Shown here piece by piece: positions 26,201 through 38,200 of a DNA stretch of 64,000 bases. The DNA comes from Eledone cirrhosa. Lineage: Eukaryota. The notes beneath the pieces are model-generated. The model was not told the origin of the DNA and made no database searches. It saw only the letters and a program-made list of their open reading frames with translations. The stretch spans positions 5,146,001-5,210,000 of the forward strand of contig OZ024744.1 of assembly GCA_964016885.1 (NCBI GenBank). The letters run 5' to 3'. Every line of letters starts with the position of its first letter. The stretch's first letter is position 1. The position numbers were made by a program, and so were the translations under genes.

Positions 26201-29200
26201 GCAGAGGTCTATGTTGGTAGACAGTGGTGTTGGTAGCAGAGGTCTATCTTGGTAGACAGTGGTGTTGGTAGCAGAGGTCTATCTTGGTAGATAGTGGTGT
26301 TGGTAGCAGAGGTCTATGTTGGTAGACAGTGAGGTTGGTAACATAGGTCTATCTTGGTAGACAGTGAGGTTGGTAGCAGAGGTCTATCTTGGTAGACAGT
26401 GAGGGTGGTAGCAGAGGTCTATCTTGGTAGACAGTGGTGTTGGTAGCAGAGGTCTATGTTGGTAGACAGTGGTGTTTTTAGCAGAGGTTAATCTTGGTAG
26501 ACAGTGGTGTTGGTAGCAGAGGTCTATCTTGGTAGACAGTGGTGTTGGTAGCAGAGGTCTATCTTGGTAGACAGTGGTGTTGGTAGCAGAGGTCTATCTT
26601 GGTAGACAGTGGTGTTGGTAGCAGAGGTCTATGTTGGTAGACAGTGAGGTTGGTAGCAGAGGTCTATGTTGGTAGACAGTGGTGTTGGTAGCAGAGGTCT
26701 ATCTTGGTAGACAGTGGTGTTGGTAGAAGAGGTCTATGTTGGTAGACAGTGAGGTTGGTAGCAGAGGTCTATCTTGGTAGACAGTGAGGTTGGTAGCAGA
26801 GGTCTATCTTGGTAGACAGTGGTGGTGGTAGCAGAGGTCTATCTTGGTAGACAGTGGTGTTGGTAGCCGAGGTCTATCTTGGTAGACAATCAGGGTGGTA
26901 GCAGAGGTCTATGTTGGTAGACAGTGGTGTTGGTAGCAGAGGTCTATGTTGGTAGACAGTGGTGTTGGTAGCAGAGGTCTATCTTGGTAGACAGTGGTGT
27001 TGGTAGCAGAGGTCTATCTTGGTAGACAGTGGTGTTGGTAGCCGAGGTCTATCTTGGTAGACAATCAGGGTGGTAGCAGAGGTCTATGTTGGTAGACAGT
27101 GGTGTTGGTAGCAGAGGTCTATGTTGGTAGACAGTGGTGTTGGTAGCAGAGGTCTATGTTGGTAGACAGTGGTGTTTTTAGCAGAGGTTAATCTTGGTAG
27201 ACAGTGGTGTTGGTAGCAGAGGTCTATCTTGGTAGACAGTGGTGTTGGTAGCAGAGGTCTATCTTGGTAGACAGTGGTGTTGGTAGCAGAGGTCTATCTT
27301 GGTAGACAGTGGTGTTGGTAGCAGAGGTCTATGTTGGTAGACAGTGAGGTTGGTAGCAGAGGTCTATGTTGGTAGACAGTGGTGTTGGTAGCAGAGCTCT
27401 ATCTTGGTAGACAGTGGTGTTGGTAGAAGAGGTCTATGTTGGTAGACAGTGAGGTTGGTAGCAGAGGTCTATCTTGGTAGACAGTGAGGTTGGTAGCAGA
27501 GGTCTATCTTGGTAGACAGTGGTGGTGGTAGCAGAGGTCTATCTTGGTAGACAGTGGTGTTGGTAGCCGAGGTCTATCTTGGTAGACAATCAGGGTGGTA
27601 GCAGAGGTCTATGTTGGTAGACAGTGGTGTTGGTAGCAGAGGTCTATGTTGGTAGACAGTGGTGTTGGTAGCAGAGGTCTATCTTGGTAGACAGTGGTGT
27701 TGGTAGCAGAGGTCTATCTTGGTAGACAGTGGTGTTGGTAGCCGAGGTCTATCTTGGTAGACAATCAGGGTGGTAGCAGAGGTCTATGTTGGTAGACAGT
27801 GGTGTTGGTAGCAGAGGTCTATGTTGGTAGACAGTGGTGTTGGTAGCAGAGGTCTATCTTGGTAGACAGTGGTGTTGGTAGCAGAGGTCTATCTTGGTAG
27901 ACAGTGCTTTTGGTAGCAGAGGTCTATATTGGTAGACAGTGGTGTTGGTAGTAGAGGTATATCTTGGTAGACAGTGGTGTTGGTAGCAGATGTCTATCTT
28001 GGTAGACAGTGGTGTTGGTAGCAGAGGTCTATCTTGGTAGACAGTGGTGTTGGTAGCAGAGGTATATCTTGGTAGACAGTGAGGTTGGTAGCAGAGGTCT
28101 ATCTTGGTAGACAGTGGTGTTGGTAGCAGAGGTCTATCTTAGTAGACAGTGGTGTTGGTAGCAGATGTCTATCTTGGTAGACAGTGAGGTTGGTAGTAGA
28201 GGTCTATGTTGGTAGACAGTGGTGTTGGTAGCAGAGGTCTATCTTGGTAGACAGTGGTGTTGGTAGCAGAGGTCTATCTTGGTAGACAGTGGTGTTGGTA
28301 GCAGAGGTCTATGTTGGTAGACAGTGGTGGTGGTAGCAAGGTCTATCTTGGTAGACAGTGGTGTTGGTAGCAGAGGTCTATCTTGGTAGACAGTGTTGTT
28401 GGAAGCAGAGGTCTATCTTGGTAGACAGTGGTGTTGGTAGCAGACATCTATCTTGGTAGACAGTGGTGTTGGTAACAGATGTCTATCTTGGTAGACAGTG
28501 GTGTTGGTAGCAGACATCTATCTTGGTAGGCAGTGGTGTTGGTAGCAGAGGTCTATCTTGGTAGACAGTGGTGTTGGTAGCAGAGGTCTATCTTGGTAGA
28601 CAGTGGTGTTGGTAGCAGAGGTCTATCTTGGTAGACAGTGGTGTTGGAAGCAGAGGTCTATCTTGGTTGACAGTGGTGTTGGTAGCAGAGGTCTATCTTG
28701 GTTGACAGTGGTATTGGTAGCAGAGGTCTATCTTAGTAGACAGTGGTGTTGGTAACAGAGGTCTATCTTGGTAGACAGTGGTGTTGGTAGCAGAGGTATA
28801 TCTTGGTAGACAGTGGTGTTGGTAGCAGAGGTCTATCTTGGTTGACAGTGGTATTGGTAGCAGAGGTCTATCTTAGTAGACAGTGGTGTTGGTAACAGAG
28901 GTCTATCTTGGTAGACAGTGGTGTTGGTAGCAGAGGTATATCTTGGTAGACAGTGGTGTTGGTAGCAGAATCTATCTTGGTAGACAGTGGTGTTGGTCGC
29001 AGAGGTCTATCTTGGTAGACAGTGAGGTTGGTAGCAGAGGTCTATCTTGGTAGACAGTGGTGTTGGTAGCAGAGGTCTATCTTGGTAGACAGTGATGTTG
29101 GTAGAAGAGGTCTATGTTGGTAGAAAGTGAGGTTGGTAGCAGAGGTCTATCTTGGTAGACAGCGGTGTTGGTAGCAGAGGTTTATATTGGTAGACAGTGG

Positions 29201-32200
29201 TGTTGGTAGCAGAGGTTTATCTTGGTAGACATTGAGGTTGGTAGCAGAGGTCTATCTTGGTAGACAGTGGTGTTGGTAGCAGAGGTCTATGTTGGTAGAC
29301 AGTGGTGTTGGTAGCAGAGGTCTATCTTGGTAGACAGTGGTGTTGGTAGCAGATGTCTATATTGGTAGACAGTGGTGTTGGTAGCAGAGGTCTATCTTGG
29401 TAGACAGTGAGGTTGGTAGCAGAGGTCTATCTTCGTAGACAGTGAGGTTGGTAGCAGAGGTCTATCTTGGTAGACAGTGGTGTTGGTAGCAGAGGTCTAT
29501 GTTGGTAGACAGTGAGGTTGGTAGCAGAGGTCTATCTTGGTAGACAGTGAAGTTGGTAGCAGAGGTCTATCTTGGTAGACAGTGAGGGTGGTAGCAGAGG
29601 TCTATCTTGGTAGACAGTGGTGTTCGTAGCAGAGGTCTATCTTGGTAGACAGTGGTGTTGGTAGCAGAGGTCTATCTTGGTAGACAGTGAGGTTGGTAGC
29701 AGAGGTCTATCTTGGTAGACAGTGGTGTTGGTAGCAGAGGTCTATCTTGGTAGACAGTGGGGTGGGTAGCAGAGGTCTATCTTGGTAGACAGTGGTGTTG
29801 GTAGCAGAGGTCTATCTTGGTAGACAGTGGTGTTGGTAGCAGAGGTCTATGTTGGTAGACAGTGGTGTTGGTAGCAGAGGTTAATCTTGGTAGACAGTGG
29901 TGTTGGTAGCAGAGGTCTATCTTGGTAGACAGTGGTGTTGGTAGCATAGATCCATCTTGGTAGACAGTAGTGTTGGTAGCAGAGGTCTATGTTGGTAGAC
30001 AGTGGTGTTTGTAGCAGAGGTCTATGTTGGTAGACAGTGGTGTTGGAAGCAGAGGTCTATCTTAGTAGACAGTGGTGTGGTACATAGGTCTATGTTGGTA
30101 GACAGTGAGGTTGGTAGCAGAGGTCTATATTGGTAGACAGTGAGGTTGGTAGCAGAGGTCTATCTTGGTAGACAGTGAGGTTGGTAGCAGAGCTCTATCT
30201 TGGTAGAAAGTGGTGTTGGTAGCAGAGGTCTATGTTGGTAGACAGTGGTGTTGGTAGCAGAGGTTTATCTTGGTAGACAGTGGTGTTGGTAGCAGAGGTC
30301 TATGTTGGTAGACAGTGGTGTTGGTAGCAGAGGTATATCTTGGTAGGCAGTGGTGTTGGTAGCAGAGCTCTATCTTGGTAGACAGTGGTGTTGGTAGCAG
30401 AGGTCTTTCTTGGTAGACAGTGGTGTTGCTAGCAGAGGTCTATGTTGGTAGAAAGTGAGGTTGGTAGCTGAGATCTATGTTGGTAGACAGTGGTGTTGGT
30501 AGCAGAAGTCTATCTTGGTAGACAGTGAGGTTGGTAGCAGAGGTCTATCTTGGTAGACAGTGGTGTTGGTAGCAGAGGTCTATCTTGGTAGACAGTGGTG
30601 TTGGTAGCAGAAGTCTATCTTGGTAGACAGTGGTGTTGGTAGCAGAGGTCTATCTTGGTAGACAGTGGTGTTGCTAGCAGAGGTCTATCTTGGTAGACAG
30701 TGGTGTTGCTAGCAAAGGTCTATGTTGATAGACAGTGAGGTTGGTAGCAGAGGTCTATCTTGGTAGACAGTGAGGGTGGTTGCAGAGGTCTATCTTGGTA
30801 GACAGTGGTGTTGGTAGCAGAGGTCTATCTTGGTAGACAGTGAGGTTGGTATCAGAGGTCTATCTTGGTAGACAGTGAGGTTGGTAGCAGAGGTCTATGT
30901 TGGTAGACAGTGGTGTTGGTAGCATAGGTCTATCTTGGTAGACAGTGGTGTTGGTAGCAGAGGTCTATGTTGGTAGACAGTGGTGTTGGTAGTAGAGGTC
31001 TATCTTGGTAGACAGTGGTGTTGGTAGCAGATGTCTATCTTGGTAGACAGTGGTGTTGGTAGCAGAGGTCTATCTTGGTAGACAGTGGTGTTGGTAGCAG
31101 ATATCTATCTTGGTAGACAGTGGTGTTGGTAGCAGAGGTCTATGTTGGTAGACAGTGGTGTTGGTAGCAGAGGTCTATCTTGGTAGTCAGTGGTGTTGGT
31201 AGCAGAGGTCTATCTTGGTAGACAGTGGTGTTGGTAGCAGAGGTCTATGTTGGTAGACAGTGAGGTTGGTAGCAGAGGTCTATCTTGGTAGACAGTGGTG
31301 TTGGTAGAAGAGGTCTATCTTGGTAGACAGTGAGGTTGGTAGCAGATGTCTATCTTGGTAGACAGTGGTGTTGGTAGCAGAGATCTATCTTGGTAGACAG
31401 TGAGGTTGGTAGCAGAGGTCTATCTTGGTAGACAGTGGTGTTGGTAGCAGAGGTCTATCTTGGTAGACAGTGGTGTTGGTAGCAGAGGTCTATGTTGGTA
31501 GACAGTGGTGTTGATAGCAGAGGTTAATCTTGGTAGACAGTGGTGTTGGTAGCAGAGGTCTATCTTGGTAGACAGTGGTGTTGGTCGCAGAGGTCTATCT
31601 TGGTAGACAGTGGTGTTGGTAGCAGAGGTCTATGTTGGTAGACAGTGGTGTTTGTAGCAGAGGACTATGTTGGTAGACAGTGGTGTTGGTAGCAGAGGTC
31701 TATCTTGGTAGACATTGAGGTTGGTAGCAGAGGTCTATCTTGGTAGACAGTGGTGTTGGTAGCAGAGATCTATGTTGGTAGACAGTGGTGTTGGTAGCAG
31801 AGGTCTATCTTAGTAGACAGTGGTGTTGGTAGCAGAGGTCTATCTTGGTAGACAGTGAAGTTGGTAGCAGAGGTCTATCTTGGTAGACAGTGAGGTTGGT
31901 AGCAGAGGTCTATCTTGGTAGACAGTGGTGTTGGTAGCAGAGGTCTATCTTGGTAGACAGTGAGGTTGGTAACAGAGGTCTATCTTGGTAGACAGTGGTG
32001 TTGTAGCAGAGGTCTATCTCGGTAGACAGTGAGGTTGGTAGCAGAGGTCTATGCTGGTAGACAGTGGTGTTGGTAGCAGAGGTCTATCTTGGTAGACAGT
32101 GGTGTTGGTAGCAGAGGTCTATCTTGGTAGACAGTGGTGTTGGTAGCAGAGGTCTATGTTGGTAGACAGTGAGGTTGCTAGCAGAGGTCTATCTTGGTAG

Positions 32201-35200
32201 ACAGTGGTGTTGGTAGCAGAGGTCTATCTTGGTAGACAGTGAGGTTGGTATCAGAGGTCTATCTTGGTAGACAGTGGTGTTGGTAGCAGAGGTCTATGTT
32301 GGTAGACAGTGGTGTTGGTAGCAGAGGTCTATCTTGGTAGATAGTGAGGTTGGTAGTAGAGGTCTATGTTGGTAGACATTGGTGTTGGTAGCAGAGTTCT
32401 ATCTTGGTAGACAGTGGTGTTGGTAGCAGAGGTCTATGTTGGTAGACAGTGGTGTTGGTAATAGAGGTCTATCTTGGTAGACAGTGGTGTTGGTAGCAGA
32501 TGTCTATCTTGGTAGACAGTGGTGTTGGTAGCAGAGGTCTATCTTGGTAGACAGTGGTGTTGGTAGCAGAGGTCGATCTTGGTAGACAGTGGTGTTGGTA
32601 GCAGAGGTCTATCTTGGTAGACAGTGGTGTTGGTAGCAGATGTCTATCTTGGTAGACAGTGGTGTTGGTAGCAGAGATCTATCTTGGTAGACAGTGGTGT
32701 TGGTAGCAGAGGTCGATCTTGGTAGACAGTGGTGTTGGTAGCAGAGGTCGATCTTGGTAGACAGTGGTGTTGGTAGCAGAGGTCTATCTTGGTAGACAGT
32801 GGTGTTGGTAGCAGAGGTCTATGTTGGTAGACAGTGGTGTTGGTAGCAGAGGTATATCTTGGTAGGCAGTGGTGTTGGTAGCAGAGCTCTATCTTGGTAG
32901 ACAGTGGTGTTGGTAGCAGAGGTCTATCTTGGTAGACAGTGGTGTTGGTAGCAGAGGTCTTTCTTGGTAGACAGTGGTGTTGGTAGCAGAGGTCTATGTT
33001 GGTAGAAAGTGAGGTTGGTAACAGAGGTCTATCTTGGTAGAAAGTGGTGTTGGTAGGAAAGGTCTATCTTGGTAGACAGTGGTGTTGGTAGCAGAGGTCT
33101 ATCTTGGTAGACAGTGGTGTTGGTAGCAGAGGTCTATATTGGTAGACAGTGGTGTTGGTAGCAGATGTCTATCTTGGTAGACAGTGGTGTTGGTAGCAGA
33201 GGTCTATATTGGTAGACAGTGGTGGTGGTAGCAGAGGTCTATCTTGTTAGACAGTGTTGTTGGTAGCAGAGGTCTATCTTAGTAGACAGTGGTGTTGGTA
33301 GCAGAGGTCTATCCTGGTAGACAGTGGTGTTGGTAGCAGAGGTCTATCTTGGTAGACAGTAGTGTTGGTAGCAGAGGTCTATCTTGGTAGACAGTGGTGT
33401 TGGTAGCTGAGGTCTAACTTGGTAGACAGTGGTGTTGGTAGCAGAGGTCTATCTTAGTAGACAGTGGTGTTGGTAGCAGAGGTCTACCTTGGTAGACAGT
33501 GGTGTCGGTAGCAGAGCTCTATCCTGGTAGACAGTGGTGTTGGTAGCAGAGGTCTATCTTGGTAGACAGTGAGGTTGGTAGCAGAGGTCTATGTTGGTAG
33601 ACAGTGGTGTCGGTAGCAGAGCTCTATCTTGGTAGACAGTGGTGTTGGTAGCAGAAGTCTATCTTGGTAGACAGTGAGGTTGGGAGCAGAGGTCTATGTT
33701 GGTAGACAGTGGTGTTGGTAGCAGAGGTCTATCTTGGTAGACAGTGGTGTTGGTAGGAGAGGTTTATCTTGGTAGACAGTGGTGTTGGTAGCAGAGGTCT
33801 ATGTTGGTAGACAGTGGTGTTGGTAGCAGAGGTATATCTTGGTAGGCAGTGGTGTTGGTAGCAGAGCTCTATCTTGGTAGACAGTGGTGTTGGTAGCAGA
33901 GGTCTATCTTGGTAGACAGTGGTGTTGGTAGCAGAGGTCTATGTTAGTAGAAAGTGAGGTTGGTAGCAGAGGTCTATCTTGGTAGACAGTGAGGGTGGTA
34001 GCAGAGGTCTATCTTGGTAAACAGAGGTGTTGGTAGCAGAGGTCTATCTTGGTAGACAGTGAGGTTGGTATCAGAGGTCTATCTTGGTAGACAGTGAGGT
34101 TGGTAGCAGAGGTCTATGTTGGTAGACAGTGGTGTTGGTAGCATAGGTCTATCTTGGTAGACAGTGGTGTTGGTAGCAGAGGTCTATGTTGGTAGACAGT
34201 GGTGTTGGTAGTAGAGGTCTATCTTGGTAGACAGTGGTGTTGGTAGCAGATGTCTATCTTGGTAGACAGTGGTGTTGGTAGCAGAGGTCTATCTTGGTAG
34301 ACAGTGGTGTTGGTAGCAGAGGTCTATGTTGGTAGACAGTGGTATTGGTAGCAGAGGTCTATCTTGGTAGACAGTGGTGTTGGTAGCAGAGGTCTATCTT
34401 GGTAGACAGTGGTGTTGGTAGCAGAGGTCTATCTTGGTAGACAGTGGTGTTGGTAGCAGAGGTCTATCTTGGTAGACAGTGGTGTTGGTAGCAGAGGTCT
34501 ATGTTGGTAGACAGTGAGGTTGGTAGCAGAGGTCTATGTTGGTAGACAGTGGTGTTGGTAGCAGAGGTCTATCTTGGTAGACAGTGGTGTTGGTAGAAGA
34601 GGTCTATGTTGGTAGACAGTGAGGTTGGTAGCAGAGGTCTATCTTGGTAGACAGTGAAGTTGGTAGCAGAGGTCTATCTTGGTAGACAGTGAGGGTGGTA
34701 GCAGAGGTCTATCTTGGTAGACAGTGGTGTTCGTAGCAGAGGTCTATCTTGGTAGACAGTGGTGTTGGTAGCAGAGGTCTAACTTGGTAGACAGTGAGGT
34801 TGGTAGCAGAGGTCTATCTTGGTAGACAGTGGTGTTGGTAGCAGAGGTCTATCTTGGTAGACAGTGGGGTGGGTAGCAGAGGTCTATGTTGGTAGACAGT
34901 GGTGTTGGTAGCAGAGGTCTATGTTGGTAGACAGTGGTGTTGGTAGCAGAGGTCTATGTTGGTAGACAGTGGTGTTGGTAGCAGAGGTTAATCTTGGTAG
35001 ACAGTGGTGTTGGTAGCAGAGATCTATCTTGGTAGACAGTAGTGTTGGTAGCAGAGGTCTATGTTGGTAGACAGTGGTGTTTGTAGCAGAGGTCTATGTT
35101 GGTAGACAGTGGTGTTGGAAGCAGAGGTCTATCTTAGTAGACAGTGGTGTTGGTACTGAGGTCTATGTTGGTAGACAGTGAGGTTGGTAGCAGAGGTCTA

Positions 35201-38200
35201 TATTGGTAGACAGTGAGGTTGGTAGCAGAGGTATATCTTGGTAGACAGTGAGGTTGGTAGCAGAGCTCTATCTTGGTAGACAGTGGTATTGGTAGCAGAG
35301 GTCTATCTTGGTAGACAGTGGTGTTGGTAGCAGAGGTCTATCTTGGTAGACAGTGGTGTTGGTAGCAGAGGTCTATGTTGGTAGACAGTGGTGTTGGTAG
35401 CAGAGGTATATCTTGGTAGGCAGTGGTGTTGGTAGCAGAGCTCTATCTTGGTAGACAGTGGTGTTGGTAGCAGAGGTCTTTCTTGGTAGACAGTGGTGTT
35501 GCTAGCAGAGGTCTATGTTGGTAGAAAGTGAGGTTGGTAGCTGAGATCTATGTTGGTAGACAGTGGTTTTGGTAGCAGAAGTCTATCTTGGTAGACAGTG
35601 AGGTTGGTAGCAGAGGTCTATGTTGGTAGACAGTGGTGTTTGTAGCAGAGGACTATGTTGGTAGACAGTGGTGTTGGTAGCAGAGGTCTATCTTGGTAGA
35701 CATTGAGGTTGGTAGCAGAGGTCTATCTTGGTAGACAGTGGTGTTGGTAGCAGAGATCTATGTTGGTAGACAGTGGTGTTGGTAGCAGAGGTCTATCTTA
35801 GTAGACAGTGGTGTTGGTAGCAGAGGTCTATCTTGGTAGACAGTGAAGTTGGTAGCAGAGGTCTATCTTGGTAGACAGTGAGGTTGGTAGCAGAGGTCTA
35901 TCTTGGTAGACAGTGGTGTTGGTAGCAGAGGTCTATCTTGGTAGACAGTGAGGTTGGTAACAGAGGTCTATCTTGGTAGACAGTGGTGTTGTAGCAGAGG
36001 TCTATCTCGGTAGACAGTGAGGTTGGTAGCAGAGGTCTATGCTGGTAGACAGTGGTGTTGGTAGCAGAGGTCTATCTTGGTAGACAGTGGTGTTGGTAGC
36101 AGAGGTCTATCTTGGTAGACAGTGGTGTTGGTAGCAGAGGTCTATGTTGGTAGACAGTGAGGTTGCTAGCAGAGGTCTATCTTGGTAGACAGTGGTGTTG
36201 GTAGCAGAGGTCTATCTTGGTAGACAGTGAGGTTGGTATCAGAGGTCTATCTTGGTAGACAGTGGTGTTGGTAGCAGAGGTCTATGTTGGTAGACAGTGG
36301 TGTTGGTAGCAGAGGTCTATCTTGGTAGATAGTGAGGTTGGTAGTAGAGGTCTATGTTGGTAGACATTGGTGTTGGTAGCAGAGTTCTATCTTGGTAGAC
36401 AGTGGTGTTGGTAGCAGAGGTCTATGTTGGTAGACAGTGGTGTTGGTAATAGAGGTCTATCTTGGTAGACAGTGGTGTTGGTAGCAGATGTCTATCTTGG
36501 TAGACAGTGGTGTTGGTAGCAGAGGTCTATCTTGGTAGACAGTGGTGTTGGTAGCAGAGGTCGATCTTGGTAGACAGTGGTGTTGGTAGCAGAGGTCTAT
36601 CTTGGTAGACAGTGGTGTTGGTAGCAGATGTCTATCTTGGTAGACAGTGGTGTTGGTAGCAGAGATCTATCTTGGTAGACAGTGGTGTTGGTAGCAGAGG
36701 TCGATCTTGGTAGACAGTGGTGTTGGTAGCAGAGGTCGATCTTGGTAGACAGTGGTGTTGGTAGCAGAGGTCTATCTTGGTAGACAGTGGTGTTGGTAGC
36801 AGAGGTCTATGTTGGTAGACAGTGGTGTTGGTAGCAGAGGTATATCTTGGTAGGCAGTGGTGTTGGTAGCAGAGCTCTATCTTGGTAGACAGTGGTGTTG
36901 GTAGCAGAGGTCTATCTTGGTAGACAGTGGTGTTGGTAGCAGAGGTCTTTCTTGGTAGACAGTGGTGTTGGTAGCAGAGGTCTATGTTGGTAGAAAGTGA
37001 GGTTGGTAGCAGAGGTCTATCTTGGTAGAAAGTGGTGTTGGTAGGAAAGGTCTATCTTGGTAGACAGTGGTGTTGGTAGCAGAGGTCTATCTTGGTAGAC
37101 AGTGGTGTTGGTAGCAGAGGTCTATATTGGTAGACAGTGGTGTTGGTAGCAGATGTCTATCTTGGTAGACAGTGGTGTTGGTAGCAGAGGTCTATCTTGG
37201 TAGACAGTGGTGGTGGTAGCAGAGGTCTATCTTGTTAGACAGTGTTGTTGGTAGCAGAGGTCTATCTTAGTAGACAGTGGTGTTGGTAGCAGAGGTCTAT
37301 CCTGGTAGACAGTGGTGTTGGTAGCAGAGGTCTATCTTGGTAGACAGTAGTGTTGGTAGCAGAGGTCTATCTTGGTAGACAGTGGTGTTGGTAGCTGAGG
37401 TCTAACTTGGTAGACAGTGGTGTTGGTAGCAGAGGTCTATCTTAGTAGACAGTGGTGTTGGTAGCAGAGGTCTACCTTGGTAGACAGTGGTGTCGGTAGC
37501 AGAGCTCTATCCTGGTAGACAGTGGTGTTGGTAGCAGAGGTCTATCTTGGTAGACAGTGAGGTTGGTAGCAGAGGTCTATGTTGGTAGACAGTGGTGTCG
37601 GTAGCAGAGCTCTATCTTGGTAGACAGTGGTGTTGGTAGCAGAAGTCTATCTTGGTAGACAGTGAGGTTGGGAGCAGAGGTCTATGTTGGTAGACAGTGG
37701 TGTTGGTAGCAGAGGTCTATCTTGGTAGACAGTGGTGTTGGTAGGAGAGGTTTATCTTGGTAGACAGTGGTGTTGGTAGCAGAGGTCTATGTTGGTAGAC
37801 AGTGGTGTTGGTAGCAGAGGTATATCTTGGTAGGCAGTGGTGTTGGTAGCAGAGCTCTATCTTGGTAGACAGTGGTGTTGGTAGCAGAGGTCTATCTTGG
37901 TAGACAGTGGTGTTGGTAGCAGAGGTCTATGTTAGTAGAAAGTGAGGTTGGTAGCAGAGGTCTATCTTGGTAGACAGTGAGGGTGGTAGCAGAGGTCTAT
38001 CTTGGTAAACAGAGGTGTTGGTAGCAGAGGTCTATCTTGGTAGACAGTGAGGTTGGTATCAGAGGTCTATCTTGGTAGACAGTGAGGTTGGTAGCAGAGG
38101 TCTATGTTGGTAGACAGTGGTGTTGGTAGCATAGGTCTATCTTGGTAGACAGTGGTGTTGGTAGCAGAGGTCTATGTTGGTAGACAGTGGTGTTGGTAGT

